Part shown: piece after piece, positions 47,600 through 57,936 of the stretch
Position numbering within the stretch: the stretch's first letter is position 1
Layout: the number at the start of each line of letters is the position of its first letter
Assembly: GCA_016699995.1 (NCBI GenBank)
Contig: CP064996.1
Location: forward strand, 202,357-266,356
DNA length: 64,000 nt
Origin: a bacterium
GTDB lineage: Bacteria; Patescibacteriota; Doudnabacteria; UBA920
Reading direction: 5' to 3'
Notes under the pieces: generated by a model
What the model was told of the DNA's origin: nothing
Seen by the model: the letters and a program-made list of their open reading frames with translations, nothing else
Databases searched by the model: none
Translations under genes and position numbers: made by a program

Positions 47600-47701
47600 A
47601 TTACCTCCTAAGGATTAAGTTTTATTTTACTTATTTTTTACATAAATGTCAAGTACCGCGCCATGTATTGAATTCCCTAAAGATAGCTACATTTTATACT
47701 T

Positions 47702-48103
47702 TTGTGGTATAATGATGGCAATATGATTGATTTATTGCGTAATACTCCAGACCTAAATTCACCCGAAGCTGGGCACTCTCCAAATGAGTCCGAGCAGATT
47801 ATTCACGGGCAGGAAGGACAATTAGAAGGCCAGGAAGGCGGAGCAGAACATCAGGGCTACGAAGCTCAGCCCGGCAGTTCCGAACAGGGAAATGCGCTAG
47901 AAGAAGAACCGGCAGCAGCAGGTCAGCAATATGAACAATCGCAAGTAGAAACGTTCGTACCGGCGCCGGAAGCTGTGCTAAATGAAACTCCACAGCAAAT
48001 AGAGGATGAAACCGGCAAGCTTTTAACCGGAGAGAACAGGATTAATCCGGCAGACAGCTCTACAGCTAAAGCGCTGCTAGACATCCTTAACGGCGGAAAA
48101 TAG
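47702..48103 (+). CDS. acidic low-complexity hypothetical protein
   Basis: 133 aa (possible start 47723, MIDLLRN); Q/E/G-rich. Confidence 0.3.
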   Translation: MWYNDGNMIDLLRNTPDLNSPEAGHSPNESEQIIHGQEGQLEGQEGGAEHQGYEAQPGSSEQGNALEEEPAAAGQQYEQSQVETFVPAPEAVLNETPQQIEDETGKLLTGENRINPADSSTAKALLDILNGGK

Positions 48104-48195
48104 CTTCTATTCAGCCGCTTTTATTCGGACATAGGTTCATGCGCAGTGAATTGTAAAATCATCTGAGATAAAAACTCAAAAACCAAAACAAATAA

Positions 48196-50751
48196 ATGTT
48201 CGGATTAGAAACTAATACTATTATTTTTGCTTCACTGCTACTGGGTCTTTTAGTAGTAGTGTTTTTGTCTATCCTGGCGTATTATTTGCACCGCCACTGG
48301 TACTATAAGAAAGTCATTCTGCCTCGCACCAAGAACTGGGTGTTTTTAGAAATCCAGATGCCTAAAGATAATAGCGAAGATAAAGAAAAGTATCAGCGCG
48401 ATGAAGAAAAGAAAAATCTAATTTCTATTGCCGAACAGCTTTATACCACTCTGTCTGGCATAAGCCACGAGAATTGGTTTTGGCAGCCGCGCGAATACAT
48501 CAGTTTCGAAATTGCCTGTATAGAAAAAAAGATTTCTTTTTTCATTAACTGTCCGCGCAACTTGCAGGAGCTAATCGAAAAGCAGATTCAGGCTCAATAC
48601 CCCCACGCCTTTATCGAGGAGATCAAAGGCTACAATCCGTTTCCGGCTAACGGCACTATCGAAGCGACTGAGTTAAAGCTCAATAAAGCCTATATGTTCC
48701 CGGTGCGCACTTATCGCAATATGGAAACCGATCCGCTGAATGCGCTTACTAACGCCATGTCCAAGTTAGGTGAAGAAGATGGCGCGGTCATTCAATTGAT
48801 TCTGTATCCGGCCGGCCATCATTGGCAGCATCGCCCGCGCCATATGGCTTTGGAAATTCAGCAGGGAAAAAATCCCAACGTAGTTGCTAAGAGCGCTCTG
48901 GGAAGATTTGGAAAGGAAGTCGGCGGCGAATTAAAGAATACAGTTATCGGCGGCGGCAAGCTGACCGACGATCAGCGCAGTCAGCGTACGGACTTATCCG
49001 GACGTTATATGGCTATTAATCTAACGCCCATGCAGCAGGAGATGGTCAAGCGCTTTGAAGAAAAAGCCAGCCGGCCAGGGTTTTACAGCAATATCCGCAT
49101 CATCACCGCATCGCCAAACGCCAATACTGCCAAGGTTAATATGCACAACCTCACTGCATCTTTTTTGCAGTACAGCATGCCGCCATTTAATGGCTTTCGC
49201 GTTAAGCGCCGTTCTAAAAAGCGAATTATCAAAGATTATATTTTCCGGATTTATCGCCGTTACGGCCGCAAGGCAATCTTGAATACCGAAGAGCTGACCA
49301 GTATTTGGCATCTGCCAACTCCATTTTTAGAAACCCCAAATATCAAATGGCTGCTTTCTAAGAAAGCTCCACCGCCGATTAACTTGCACGAAGATGGCGT
49401 ATTAATCGGCCGCAATATTTACCGCGGCACAGAGACTAAGATTCATATGGGCCGAGATGACCGCCGCCGTCATATGTACATTCTCGGCCGTACCGGTGTG
49501 GGTAAGACCGAAATCATGAAGTATATGTCTGTACAGGATATCCAGAACGGCGATGGCGTTTGTATTATCGACCCCCACGGCGACTTTATCGAAGACGTAT
49601 TGCCACACATTCCTAAGGAGCGAGCTGAAGATGTTATTCTGTTTGACCCATTCGATACCGACAGGCCGATGGGCTTAAACATGCTTGAGGTTACCAGCGA
49701 AGAGCAAAAAGACTTTGCTGTGCAGGAAATGATTTCCATTTTCTATAAATTGGTCACCGATCCGGCTATGCTAGGACCGATGTTTGAGCATAATATGCGC
49801 AATGCGATGTTAACGCTGATGGCAGACGAAGAAAGCCCAGGCACGTTGGTAGAAATTCCGCGTATTTTTACAGATACGGAATTTCAGAAGTATAAGGTTT
49901 CCAAGCTCCGCGATCCAGTTGTTCGGGCATTTTGGGAAAAGGAAATGGCCAAGACTTCGGACTTCCACAAGTCGGAGATGTTAGGTTATTTGGTTTCCAA
50001 AGTTGGCCGCTTCGTAGAAAATTCTATGATGCGCAATATCGTCGGTCAGCCAAAGAGTTCTTTTAATTTCCGAGAGATAATGGACAACAAAAAGATCTTG
50101 CTGGTTAACTTGGCTAAAGGAAAAGTGGGGGAGATGAATGCTAAACTTATCGGTTTGATTTTAGTTAGTAAGATCCAAATGGCTGCATTGTCCCGCGCTG
50201 ATATTCCGGAAAGCGAACGCCAGGACTTCTATCTTTATGTAGATGAATTCCAAAACTTTATCACCGATGCATTTTCTTCTATTCTGAGTGAAGCGCGTAA
50301 ATACAGACTTAATTTGATTATTGGCCACCAATTCTTGGCTCAGCTCGCGCAAGGAGCCGGTGCGCAAGGAGCCGGCAGTAACGATTTGCGTGACGCTGTA
50401 TTCGGTAATGCTGGCAGCATGGTTACTTTCCGTATCGGTGTAGAGGATGCCGAGACTATGGCTAAAGAGTTTGCGCCAACCTTCAATGAATTTGATTTAT
50501 TGAATGTTGATCGGTTTAATGCCTTTGTAAAGCTAATGATCAACGGTACAGCCAGTAAACCGTTTAACATCGCTACGTATCCGCTCCCTAAGCCAAACGA
50601 AGAGCAAAAGAAAACCGCCGGCGCTATTCGCCAGCTGTCGCGATTAAAGTTTGGCCGGCCGCGCAGCGATGTAGAAACGGAAATTCTAGAGGCTAGTCAG
50701 ATTGCCGACATGATGGCCGCCGGTCCTGGCGCTATAGAAAAAACAGTTTAA
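48196..50751 (+). CDS. membrane-anchored T4SS-type P-loop ATPase (TraG/TraD/VirD4 coupling-protein-like; a VirB4-like assignment is not excluded)
   Basis: 851 aa; N-terminal TM helix; Walker A ILGRTGVGKTE (~aa 438); Walker B LYVDEFQNF (~aa 668); downstream EARKYRLNLIIGHQFLAQL resembles the RKYGLxLxLxTQSxxQL motif of VirD4/TraG. Confidence 0.6.
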   Translation: MFGLETNTIIFASLLLGLLVVVFLSILAYYLHRHWYYKKVILPRTKNWVFLEIQMPKDNSEDKEKYQRDEEKKNLISIAEQLYTTLSGISHENWFWQPREYISFEIACIEKKISFFINCPRNLQELIEKQIQAQYPHAFIEEIKGYNPFPANGTIEATELKLNKAYMFPVRTYRNMETDPLNALTNAMSKLGEEDGAVIQLILYPAGHHWQHRPRHMALEIQQGKNPNVVAKSALGRFGKEVGGELKNTVIGGGKLTDDQRSQRTDLSGRYMAINLTPMQQEMVKRFEEKASRPGFYSNIRIITASPNANTAKVNMHNLTASFLQYSMPPFNGFRVKRRSKKRIIKDYIFRIYRRYGRKAILNTEELTSIWHLPTPFLETPNIKWLLSKKAPPPINLHEDGVLIGRNIYRGTETKIHMGRDDRRRHMYILGRTGVGKTEIMKYMSVQDIQNGDGVCIIDPHGDFIEDVLPHIPKERAEDVILFDPFDTDRPMGLNMLEVTSEEQKDFAVQEMISIFYKLVTDPAMLGPMFEHNMRNAMLTLMADEESPGTLVEIPRIFTDTEFQKYKVSKLRDPVVRAFWEKEMAKTSDFHKSEMLGYLVSKVGRFVENSMMRNIVGQPKSSFNFREIMDNKKILLVNLAKGKVGEMNAKLIGLILVSKIQMAALSRADIPESERQDFYLYVDEFQNFITDAFSSILSEARKYRLNLIIGHQFLAQLAQGAGAQGAGSNDLRDAVFGNAGSMVTFRIGVEDAETMAKEFAPTFNEFDLLNVDRFNAFVKLMINGTASKPFNIATYPLPKPNEEQKKTAGAIRQLSRLKFGRPRSDVETEILEASQIADMMAAGPGAIEKTV

Positions 50752-50816
50752 AAAAGAAGCGTTCTCGGGAGAGAACGCTTCGATGCTTTTCAGCGAAAGA
50801 GGTAAAAGAATTTGGC

Positions 50817-52739
50817 CTACGGTTCAACAATCAAAGGCGATTGCTGCGAGATCGTGTCGTCGTAGATATCCTCGAAGAACTTTTGGAACTCCGGGTTATA
50901 AACGATATGATCGGCTGTACCTTCTGCAATACGGTCTATAAGACCGTCTGCTCGAAGATCGCGGATCACGAAGATCAATGCTCGCCGCGTTTTCGCCGAC
51001 ATCGGAGCGCCTTTGATATTGGCGCCAATGTCGAATGCGGAACCGATTACGTGCGTCCGTGGCTGCGTTTGGGGCAGGCACTTTCTCACGTCGTACATCC
51101 AGTTCGACCGGATTAATCCGGTCACTTCGAACGGGTCTGTACCCTCTTGCTCCTTTACCTTAGCAGCGATGAAGAATATCATGCCGGTGGTTGCTTTCCT
51201 GGTGTAGTAGTAGCTACTTTTGTGTTCAGGATCGCATTCGCCCACGGGGTTTTGTCCGGTAGTGCGGAGGACAAACCCATATTTGGCATTGTCAGGTACC
51301 GATACTAATTCTCCCCGCTTGGCAGCAAGGTCGATGTCTTGGCGAGTATTATACACCGCTTCGTCATCACCGTACCACGCGCGCATCGGCCGGTTGGCCA
51401 AACCGCCGTCCGGATCCTGCTGTTCGGCTACCATCTTGTCGAAGGCAGTACGATCGCTCCTCATTAGCTCGAAGCCTTTGAGGGCGGCTAGGCCGGTGTA
51501 GACGTAGGTGGCAGAACTGTCCTCAAGCCTATACAAGAACGAATATGTTTTCGGTGTCTTTGTGGGAGTGCACCGGAAAAATATGTCGTCGTACGTAAAG
51601 CCGTATTTGGCTATGGCTTTGGGAATGGACCTGTCCGGGTCGCTGATCTGGAACCTTTGCACGTTTTTCATGCCAGGAACATTAGATCGGTCGATCGGAA
51701 ATTCTTTGCTCCAGCCTGGGTAGACTTCATCCAGGTAATGAACTACCAGCTTGCGCTGGAAGCCCTGACCCATATGGTACTGGACGAAAGCCCAGTTTTC
51801 GTCGCCCCAGTATTTGGTCGCCTTGCCTAGGATCGATGCAGCTACGGGAACAGCCGCGGACGGGTTAAGCCGTTTGTCGTCGATGTTTTCACCTTTGGGG
51901 ATGAACTTCATCTTCTTCGCACGGGCTCGCTTGCAGAATGCTTTGTCGGCGATTAAGCCTTCTTCGCATCCCACACTCAACATAATCTGAGCAATGCCTG
52001 CCGCACCCGACGTGTTGTTAACTTTGTCGGTACTGCTGGCGCTCTCTACGAATAGCTGAGCTTCCAGGCGATTGGGAGTGATGCCGTTGGCATTGGCCTC
52101 ATTCTCAATCAGATTCCGGAATTGACCCATACGCTCTGCATTCTTGGTAGCATCCTTTTGTCCCCACACTGCCCACATGGCGTGGTTGATGCGGTTCTCC
52201 TTGCGCTTTGCCAGATCTTCTACGCTCATGTCTCCGCGGTTTCGTCCATAAGGCCATTTCGATGCAACTGTTTCGACCGTTTTAATCGAAATGAATACCG
52301 AAACCGGAATAACGAAAGCGAGCGTAACGCCGATAGCTATTAGCCTGGTTCGGAGCGGTAAAGCCATGAACCATTTACCGGCGATTTTGGCGTACTCAAT
52401 TTGTACAGAGTGAAGCTTTCCAAGACCCCTGCGAATGAATCGCAGGAAGGCATTGCCGATCTCAATAGCTCTGAAGAGCTTTGGCCGGTTTGCGAAAAGT
52501 TCAGGCTTGTGAACAAGTTTGCCTAGCACATAGCTTGAAACGATCAATAAGGTAAAACCTAAAATCAACCATATCGCGCCGTATGCCAGAGTTACGAACA
52601 GGTAGGTGAGCGCCAAAGCGGCTGCTGCTCCTACCGTCAGCCAGGGTAAAACATAGAACGTCCAAATGACGGTCAGTTTTACCAGCCACTTCGAAATCCA
52701 ATGGTTCTTTGTACCATTGGACAGCATTTTATCAACCAT
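50817..52739 (-). CDS. membrane-bound lytic transglycosylase (SLT domain), PrgK/TcpG/VirB1-like
   Basis: 640 aa; 4 N-terminal TM helices; SLT motif ES...S(x)AGAAGIAQIM; extra C-terminal domain; GC about 50%. Confidence 0.55.
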   Translation of the reverse strand: MVDKMLSNGTKNHWISKWLVKLTVIWTFYVLPWLTVGAAAALALTYLFVTLAYGAIWLILGFTLLIVSSYVLGKLVHKPELFANRPKLFRAIEIGNAFLRFIRRGLGKLHSVQIEYAKIAGKWFMALPLRTRLIAIGVTLAFVIPVSVFISIKTVETVASKWPYGRNRGDMSVEDLAKRKENRINHAMWAVWGQKDATKNAERMGQFRNLIENEANANGITPNRLEAQLFVESASSTDKVNNTSGAAGIAQIMLSVGCEEGLIADKAFCKRARAKKMKFIPKGENIDDKRLNPSAAVPVAASILGKATKYWGDENWAFVQYHMGQGFQRKLVVHYLDEVYPGWSKEFPIDRSNVPGMKNVQRFQISDPDRSIPKAIAKYGFTYDDIFFRCTPTKTPKTYSFLYRLEDSSATYVYTGLAALKGFELMRSDRTAFDKMVAEQQDPDGGLANRPMRAWYGDDEAVYNTRQDIDLAAKRGELVSVPDNAKYGFVLRTTGQNPVGECDPEHKSSYYYTRKATTGMIFFIAAKVKEQEGTDPFEVTGLIRSNWMYDVRKCLPQTQPRTHVIGSAFDIGANIKGAPMSAKTRRALIFVIRDLRADGLIDRIAEGTADHIVYNPEFQKFFEDIYDDTISQQSPLIVEP

Positions 52740-53083
52740 CTTTTACCTCAATATTTCCTCTTTATATTTGAAATCGTCACAAATTTCAGTGACTTATTAA
52801 AATAGCATATTTTACCTGTTTTGTCAATAAATAAAGGGTTTTTTGGCTTTACCCTTGACAAAAACTTAAAAATAGTGTATACTAATCCTTCAAACTAAAT
52901 ACAGTGAATTTCCTGAGGAAAATTGGTTTATGAGGGATATAATCAATTTGCCCAAGAGTAAAGCAATTTTCCTCAGGTCATGCACAGTGCAGACCGTTGT
53001 AGCGTAGCGCCAAGAAATTGGTTAGCGACATTGTAACGGTCAGCATTTTGACCAGAGATTTCAAACATCGCCTAAAGGAGGGC

Positions 53084-53767
53084 ACTATGTTTAAAAAGAT
53101 TATTACTTTTGTACTGTTTGCTGTTTTCACGTTTGGTTTCGTTTCGCCGGCCCTTGCTGGCGGCGGTGACGATTGTCCGGTCGCCAAGAAGAAGGCTACT
53201 ACGGTCGTCAAAAAGCGTACCTGCGTAACCTGTCCGAAAGCGGATGGTGTCGCACGGGCCGATAACAAGCGCCAGGACGAAGAGCTTGCTGCTCTTCGCG
53301 ACGGTAAAGCTGACAAGGCCGACCTCGCGGGAAAAGCCAATCAGGCCGACCACGAGAACCTTGAAAAGCGGGTCACGGTGATCGAAAACAAGCTTCCAAG
53401 CTTCTTCGTTCTTCCGGACCTTGGTGGTCTGGGCTGGCTGATCTTCTGGATCGGTATCATGGCGCTAATCGCCGCTGCGATTTACGCACTCGTGCGAGGT
53501 CGTGGTAACGGCGGTGGTACTGTGTACAATTACCCGGCAAACCCGCCGGCCCCTCAGCCGGTGCCGGTGGCGTACAACCCCGGTTATCAATACCACCCGT
53601 ATGGTTATCCGGCCCCGGCTCCTCAGCCCGCACCTGCGCCGGCCGCGCAGCAGAACCAAAACGGGGTATTCGTCCCCGTTAACTACGAGGTCGCTCCGAT
53701 CACAATTCGACTGGGAGCCACCGTGGTTCCTCAGCAAGGCCCGGCAAACCCGCCGGCAGCGCAATAG
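53084..53767 (+). CDS. Pro-rich secreted/membrane protein on a high-GC segment
   Basis: Start trimmed to ATG 53084 (MFKKIITFVLFAVFTFGFVSPALA signal peptide) after aaggaggg RBS. Central TM helix; C-terminal PAPQP/YP repeats; GC about 60%. Confidence 0.5.
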   Translation, partial: TMFKKIITFVLFAVFTFGFVSPALAGGGDDCPVAKKKATTVVKKRTCVTCPKADGVARADNKRQDEELAALRDGKADKADLAGKANQADHENLEKRVTVIENKLPSFFVLPDLGGLGWLIFWIGIMALIAAAIYALVRGRGNGGGTVYNYPANPPAPQPVPVAYNPGYQYHPYGYPAPAPQPAPAPAAQQNQNGVFVPVNYEVAPITIRLGATVVPQQGPANPPAAQ

Positions 53768-54131
53768 TGCGCGAATCTTTTTTTACCAGAGGTCTAAGTT
53801 TCATGCTTGGGCCTCTTTTTTTGAGCTATTTTTATCCACTTTTCTTATTTATGGTTTATATATGGTATAATTAAGCAAAGCTGATTTCCTAATTTTGAAA
53901 TAAAAACATGGCGAAACGCGAAGGTGCGCCTCGGCCTGAACAAGAAAACGACCAACAAAATATTGGACAAAATACAACCAGAATGCAGATCAAGCTGGTC
54001 GTTTAGACGTACCTCAGACAGAACAGGAGGCCCGTTATTATCAAGAAATTAACGAGTCTCGAGCTAAGGCCAAAGCTTACGAAGCTAAGCTAGAAGGTTC
54101 CATTGCAGAGCGTGAAGCTCAGGCAAAATAC

Positions 54132-57100
54132 GTGGATAAGATGCGAGCCATGTACCCAAACTGGGATAAGTTCAACGGGGTGTCTTTAGCTGAGCAGTAT
54201 GCAAATCGCGAACAGCTGCAAGCCAGAGCGGAGGTTGCGAGGGAGGTTGTTAATGGCGCAGAACAAATTGTAAACGAAGTTGTTCATGGCCCAGAACTTA
54301 TTGCTCAGGTGGACCACGCATTGGCTACGGGCGCATTAACAGCAGAACAGGCGGCGCAGATGCGCGCAGCTCTGCAAAATGAGCAGGCCCGCCAGCAAAT
54401 TGTTACCAAAACTATTACATGGAAGGATCGCGCATCTAATTTTAAAGATTGGGTTGTAGACAGAGCACCGGCATTTATTGCAGGTGCTGTTGCCGGTGGA
54501 GCCGCGCGCAAAGCCGTTAAAGTCGGAGCTATAGCAGCTTTTGGGGCTAATTTGCCTGTGGCTATTGCCGCCGGTGCTTTAGGCGGTGGTCTAGTAGAGG
54601 GGATTAAAACCGCCTGGCGCGAATCTAAATCATACCGCACCAAAGATATAATGGAGCGTTTTAATAATGCGGGCGATTTAGATAAAGCTGCGATGTTGGC
54701 GAAAATAGAGCAGTTGCACGCAGAGCAGCGTTTAGAGGCTAGTCCGGAGGAATATTTGGCAATCGGCAATGCTTTGGCTCAAGCAAGAGCACAAATGCAG
54801 CTCAGCGTGGAAGGTCGCGATAATCGCTATGCCAATATGAGTGAACGCGATAAAATCGCGTATATTCTTCATATTACAGACAAGAACCGTAAAGATGTGA
54901 TGAAACTGGAAGACAAGAACCGTATGAAGGAATCTAAGGCTTTGATTAAAGCTTTAAATAAGGAAATTGAATCCAAGCATGACAAGAGCTTTGCACGCTT
55001 GGGCGGCAAGAAAGCCGTCGTCGGTAAAGCGATCTTTAAAGGGGCCGCATTCGGTGCGCTGGGCGGCACTATTGGCGCTGCTGTTGTAGATTACTTTAGC
55101 GGTCCGTCTAGTGAGACTATATCTAGAGTTGTAGAACAGAAACCTACTGTATCCGAGAGTTTTCATGCGCATATGGATCACCGCGGCATTACCGGTGGAG
55201 CGCGCGATTCGCTTCATACTTTAATCGAACAGCAGCGAGGTATAGATCCAGAATTTGCTAAGGGTATTAATGTCGAACAGCTTGTCTATGCAGAAGATAC
55301 TCTTGCTAAAGATGCACTAAGAGCTGGAGTTAATCCTGGCGTAGAGAGCATGACTTGGTCTAAAGATGAGTTAATGGGCGCTTTGGAAAAGTCTGGCGCT
55401 ATTCCGGATGATGCGACTCTAACAGAAGCCGGTCAGCAGAATATAAGTGAAGTTATCAAAACTAAAGCTCATTTCTTATCGGAAGCGACCAAGGCAAAGA
55501 TGCTCGATTTTGATCCGGCTGAGGCCCGCACTTTTATAGAAGAAGTTTCTGTCGACAGAAATGATAGTTTTACTTATGAAGATTATGCAGCCTTGGCGGG
55601 CGTTTTGGCAGCTATATTAGCTTCCGAAGCCATAAGTTATGCAGATCGCGATAAAGCTGCCGCTAAGCTTCGAACTTTATATTACAACGTTCCAGGATTA
55701 CCAGGACGGCCGCCAGAAGGCGTAGCTCCGACGGCCGGCGGCGAGTATGTTGCTCCCACTCCTGTTTTTAGGACCACAGAAGGGCGAGATGTAAACAGAA
55801 CCCAACCGGAAGACCAGCCGATTCCAAGGCCAGAGGGTGTGCCGTTTGATCGAGCCGAAAATTCAGAAGATGCTCCGATAGCTAAGCCGGAGGGCACGCC
55901 TTTTAATAACGAAGAAAAATCTGATGAAGATGACCAGGGAGACAAAAATGAGCGTTTTCCAAATGGAGCGCCTCCATCGCCATTTACTCATCCGGAAGGA
56001 GTGAATCCTGAAGCGCAAGATAACGAGGAGCAGAATGAAGAAGCTGAAGAAGCTACAGAAGGTGAACAGCCTAACGAGGAAGGCACAGAGTCTAAGCCTA
56101 AGGGTCCTCACGCGAAGTTCGCGGAAAAATTAAATAAGGAATTGCAGGATGCAAAGATTCCTACCGAAGTGAAGTTGCCGCGGGGTAAGCTTAGCGAAAA
56201 AGACAGAAATCGCATCGAGTACTTAACCGATGAGTTTATTTTGAATTCCGAAAGATTGGATGGCTTGGATATTCCTCATAAGGTTGTGTTAGATTTTTAT
56301 CCGAAAGGGGAGAGGAAGTTAGGATTTAATCAGGACAACGAAATTGTTGTTGGAGTGCCTTTTACAGATAAGCAAATCAATGGCAAGTCTATGCTAAAAC
56401 TTGCTAAAGAAATCGTTAAGCTAAAAGTCGAGGATGTGATCCAGGGCGTTAAGGAATTGTATGGCCAGGTATTAACAAAGAGCGAACGCAAGCGTTTGAA
56501 TAAACTTCCTGTAGAGAACCAGCTTAGGGCTGCTAATATGCTGTTAGAAGCGCATGATAAGAAAGCTATGGAGAAGGTTCTGCCTAATGTCAGGGGTTAC
56601 TTGAAGGAATCACCGTTGGCTGAGGAAGGCGAAAATATTATCGAAGGTGAGTTCATTGATATTGTTGAAGACAAAAATGAAGTCGAATCTGTGCCGGAGA
56701 AAGAAGAACAGCTTACTAGCGCCGAGATACCGGGATATTCTAATATTTTTATCGATGAGAGATTTGATAAAGTCGATAATAAACAGCAGGTATTTTTTAA
56801 AGATACAGTTAGGGATATTTTGGACCATGAGTTTTTAGGTGGACTGAATCCGGATTTGAAAATTGTGCTTTCAAATCAATTTTCTGTTAAGGATAAAACT
56901 CTATATTTGGATGCCAATAAATCCGATTGGAAACATATATCAGGACGTTTGCACAGCGGTATTCGCTTAGCTTTGAAAGGCGGGGATTTCCGTACGCTAG
57001 AACCGGCGAAAGATTACGCTTCAAAAGCGAAGAGAAAAAAAGCAGACGACGAATACCAGATGGGTCAGCCTAAATTTAGAAGCAGCGAGGGGCGCGATTT

Positions 57101-57542
57101 AAACCAAGAAAAGGAAGAATTACAGGATAGCAATACTCCAGATAGAATTGCTGCAGAAAAGTTTGCCGACAGTGCTGTAAAAGAGCTGTTTGATACTGAT
57201 GTTAATTTAGTGGATTTGAAAAAAGGCGACACCGAATGGCAGCAGTGGATCGACGAAGAGAGATTGAATTTGGATAGAATTTCATCCAAGAAAATTTCCA
57301 ATACCCAAAAGAAAAAGATCGAAAGTCATTTGGGGAAGAAAAAAATCACAATAGAAAGTTTATTAGATGAAGAAGCACCTCCCGAAATTGCCGGTGTAAA
57401 GCCTAATACTGTAAAGAGGTATATTGCAGAAGCTGCCTTGAATAAATTGGAAGAAATAATTAATGACCCTGCTGACCTTGACGAAGAATTTAACAGTCTT
57501 CGCAATAAAACCGAAGAATATTTGGAAAGGAAAGACAAGTGA
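54132..57542 (+). CDS. very large hypothetical protein (1136 aa) with glycine-zipper membrane hairpins and acidic linker
   Basis: Table ORF with a GTG start. The frame is open upstream to 53940, and an ATG at 53908 in the adjacent frame suggests a longer N-terminus. Segments AFIAGAVAGGAARKAVKVGAIAAFGANLPVAIAAGALGGGLVEG and GKAIFKGAAFGALGGTIGAAVV; E/D-rich middle; coiled-coil regions. Confidence 0.55.
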   Translation: MDKMRAMYPNWDKFNGVSLAEQYANREQLQARAEVAREVVNGAEQIVNEVVHGPELIAQVDHALATGALTAEQAAQMRAALQNEQARQQIVTKTITWKDRASNFKDWVVDRAPAFIAGAVAGGAARKAVKVGAIAAFGANLPVAIAAGALGGGLVEGIKTAWRESKSYRTKDIMERFNNAGDLDKAAMLAKIEQLHAEQRLEASPEEYLAIGNALAQARAQMQLSVEGRDNRYANMSERDKIAYILHITDKNRKDVMKLEDKNRMKESKALIKALNKEIESKHDKSFARLGGKKAVVGKAIFKGAAFGALGGTIGAAVVDYFSGPSSETISRVVEQKPTVSESFHAHMDHRGITGGARDSLHTLIEQQRGIDPEFAKGINVEQLVYAEDTLAKDALRAGVNPGVESMTWSKDELMGALEKSGAIPDDATLTEAGQQNISEVIKTKAHFLSEATKAKMLDFDPAEARTFIEEVSVDRNDSFTYEDYAALAGVLAAILASEAISYADRDKAAAKLRTLYYNVPGLPGRPPEGVAPTAGGEYVAPTPVFRTTEGRDVNRTQPEDQPIPRPEGVPFDRAENSEDAPIAKPEGTPFNNEEKSDEDDQGDKNERFPNGAPPSPFTHPEGVNPEAQDNEEQNEEAEEATEGEQPNEEGTESKPKGPHAKFAEKLNKELQDAKIPTEVKLPRGKLSEKDRNRIEYLTDEFILNSERLDGLDIPHKVVLDFYPKGERKLGFNQDNEIVVGVPFTDKQINGKSMLKLAKEIVKLKVEDVIQGVKELYGQVLTKSERKRLNKLPVENQLRAANMLLEAHDKKAMEKVLPNVRGYLKESPLAEEGENIIEGEFIDIVEDKNEVESVPEKEEQLTSAEIPGYSNIFIDERFDKVDNKQQVFFKDTVRDILDHEFLGGLNPDLKIVLSNQFSVKDKTLYLDANKSDWKHISGRLHSGIRLALKGGDFRTLEPAKDYASKAKRKKADDEYQMGQPKFRSSEGRDLNQEKEELQDSNTPDRIAAEKFADSAVKELFDTDVNLVDLKKGDTEWQQWIDEERLNLDRISSKKISNTQKKKIESHLGKKKITIESLLDEEAPPEIAGVKPNTVKRYIAEAALNKLEEIINDPADLDEEFNSLRNKTEEYLERKDK

Positions 57543-57853
57543 TCAAAGACATTATCAACAAAGCATTAGCTGATCTTAATATTAACGACCTGCAGGAAGC
57601 AGAGCAGTACCAGGTCATGACTCAGCTTACTGAGCATTTTAACCAAATCGCAATCGATACTGTAATTGCTAATTTGAACGATGAACAATTAGCGGAGTTT
57701 AAAAGTATTGTTTCGGGCGGCGACCCGGAGAAATTGGAAGATGACTTGTCCGTGCTTGTGGCTAAGATTCCGGCTATCGATTTAAAGCTAGAAGAAGCGA
57801 TTAATTCTGAAATTGCCCATATCAAAGCCTCTAAGGCAATTATGGATAAGTAA
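57539..57853 (+). CDS. small acidic hypothetical protein, translationally coupled to the upstream gene (GTGA overlap)
   Basis: 104-aa ORF. Confidence 0.4.
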   Translation: MIKDIINKALADLNINDLQEAEQYQVMTQLTEHFNQIAIDTVIANLNDEQLAEFKSIVSGGDPEKLEDDLSVLVAKIPAIDLKLEEAINSEIAHIKASKAIMDK

Positions 57854-57936
57854 CTAGCTTGCCTAATTTTATTAGGGGTGTTATAATTTTTTTGAACTTC
57901 TGAGATTCTGAAATACAAATAAAAAACAAAATTACA

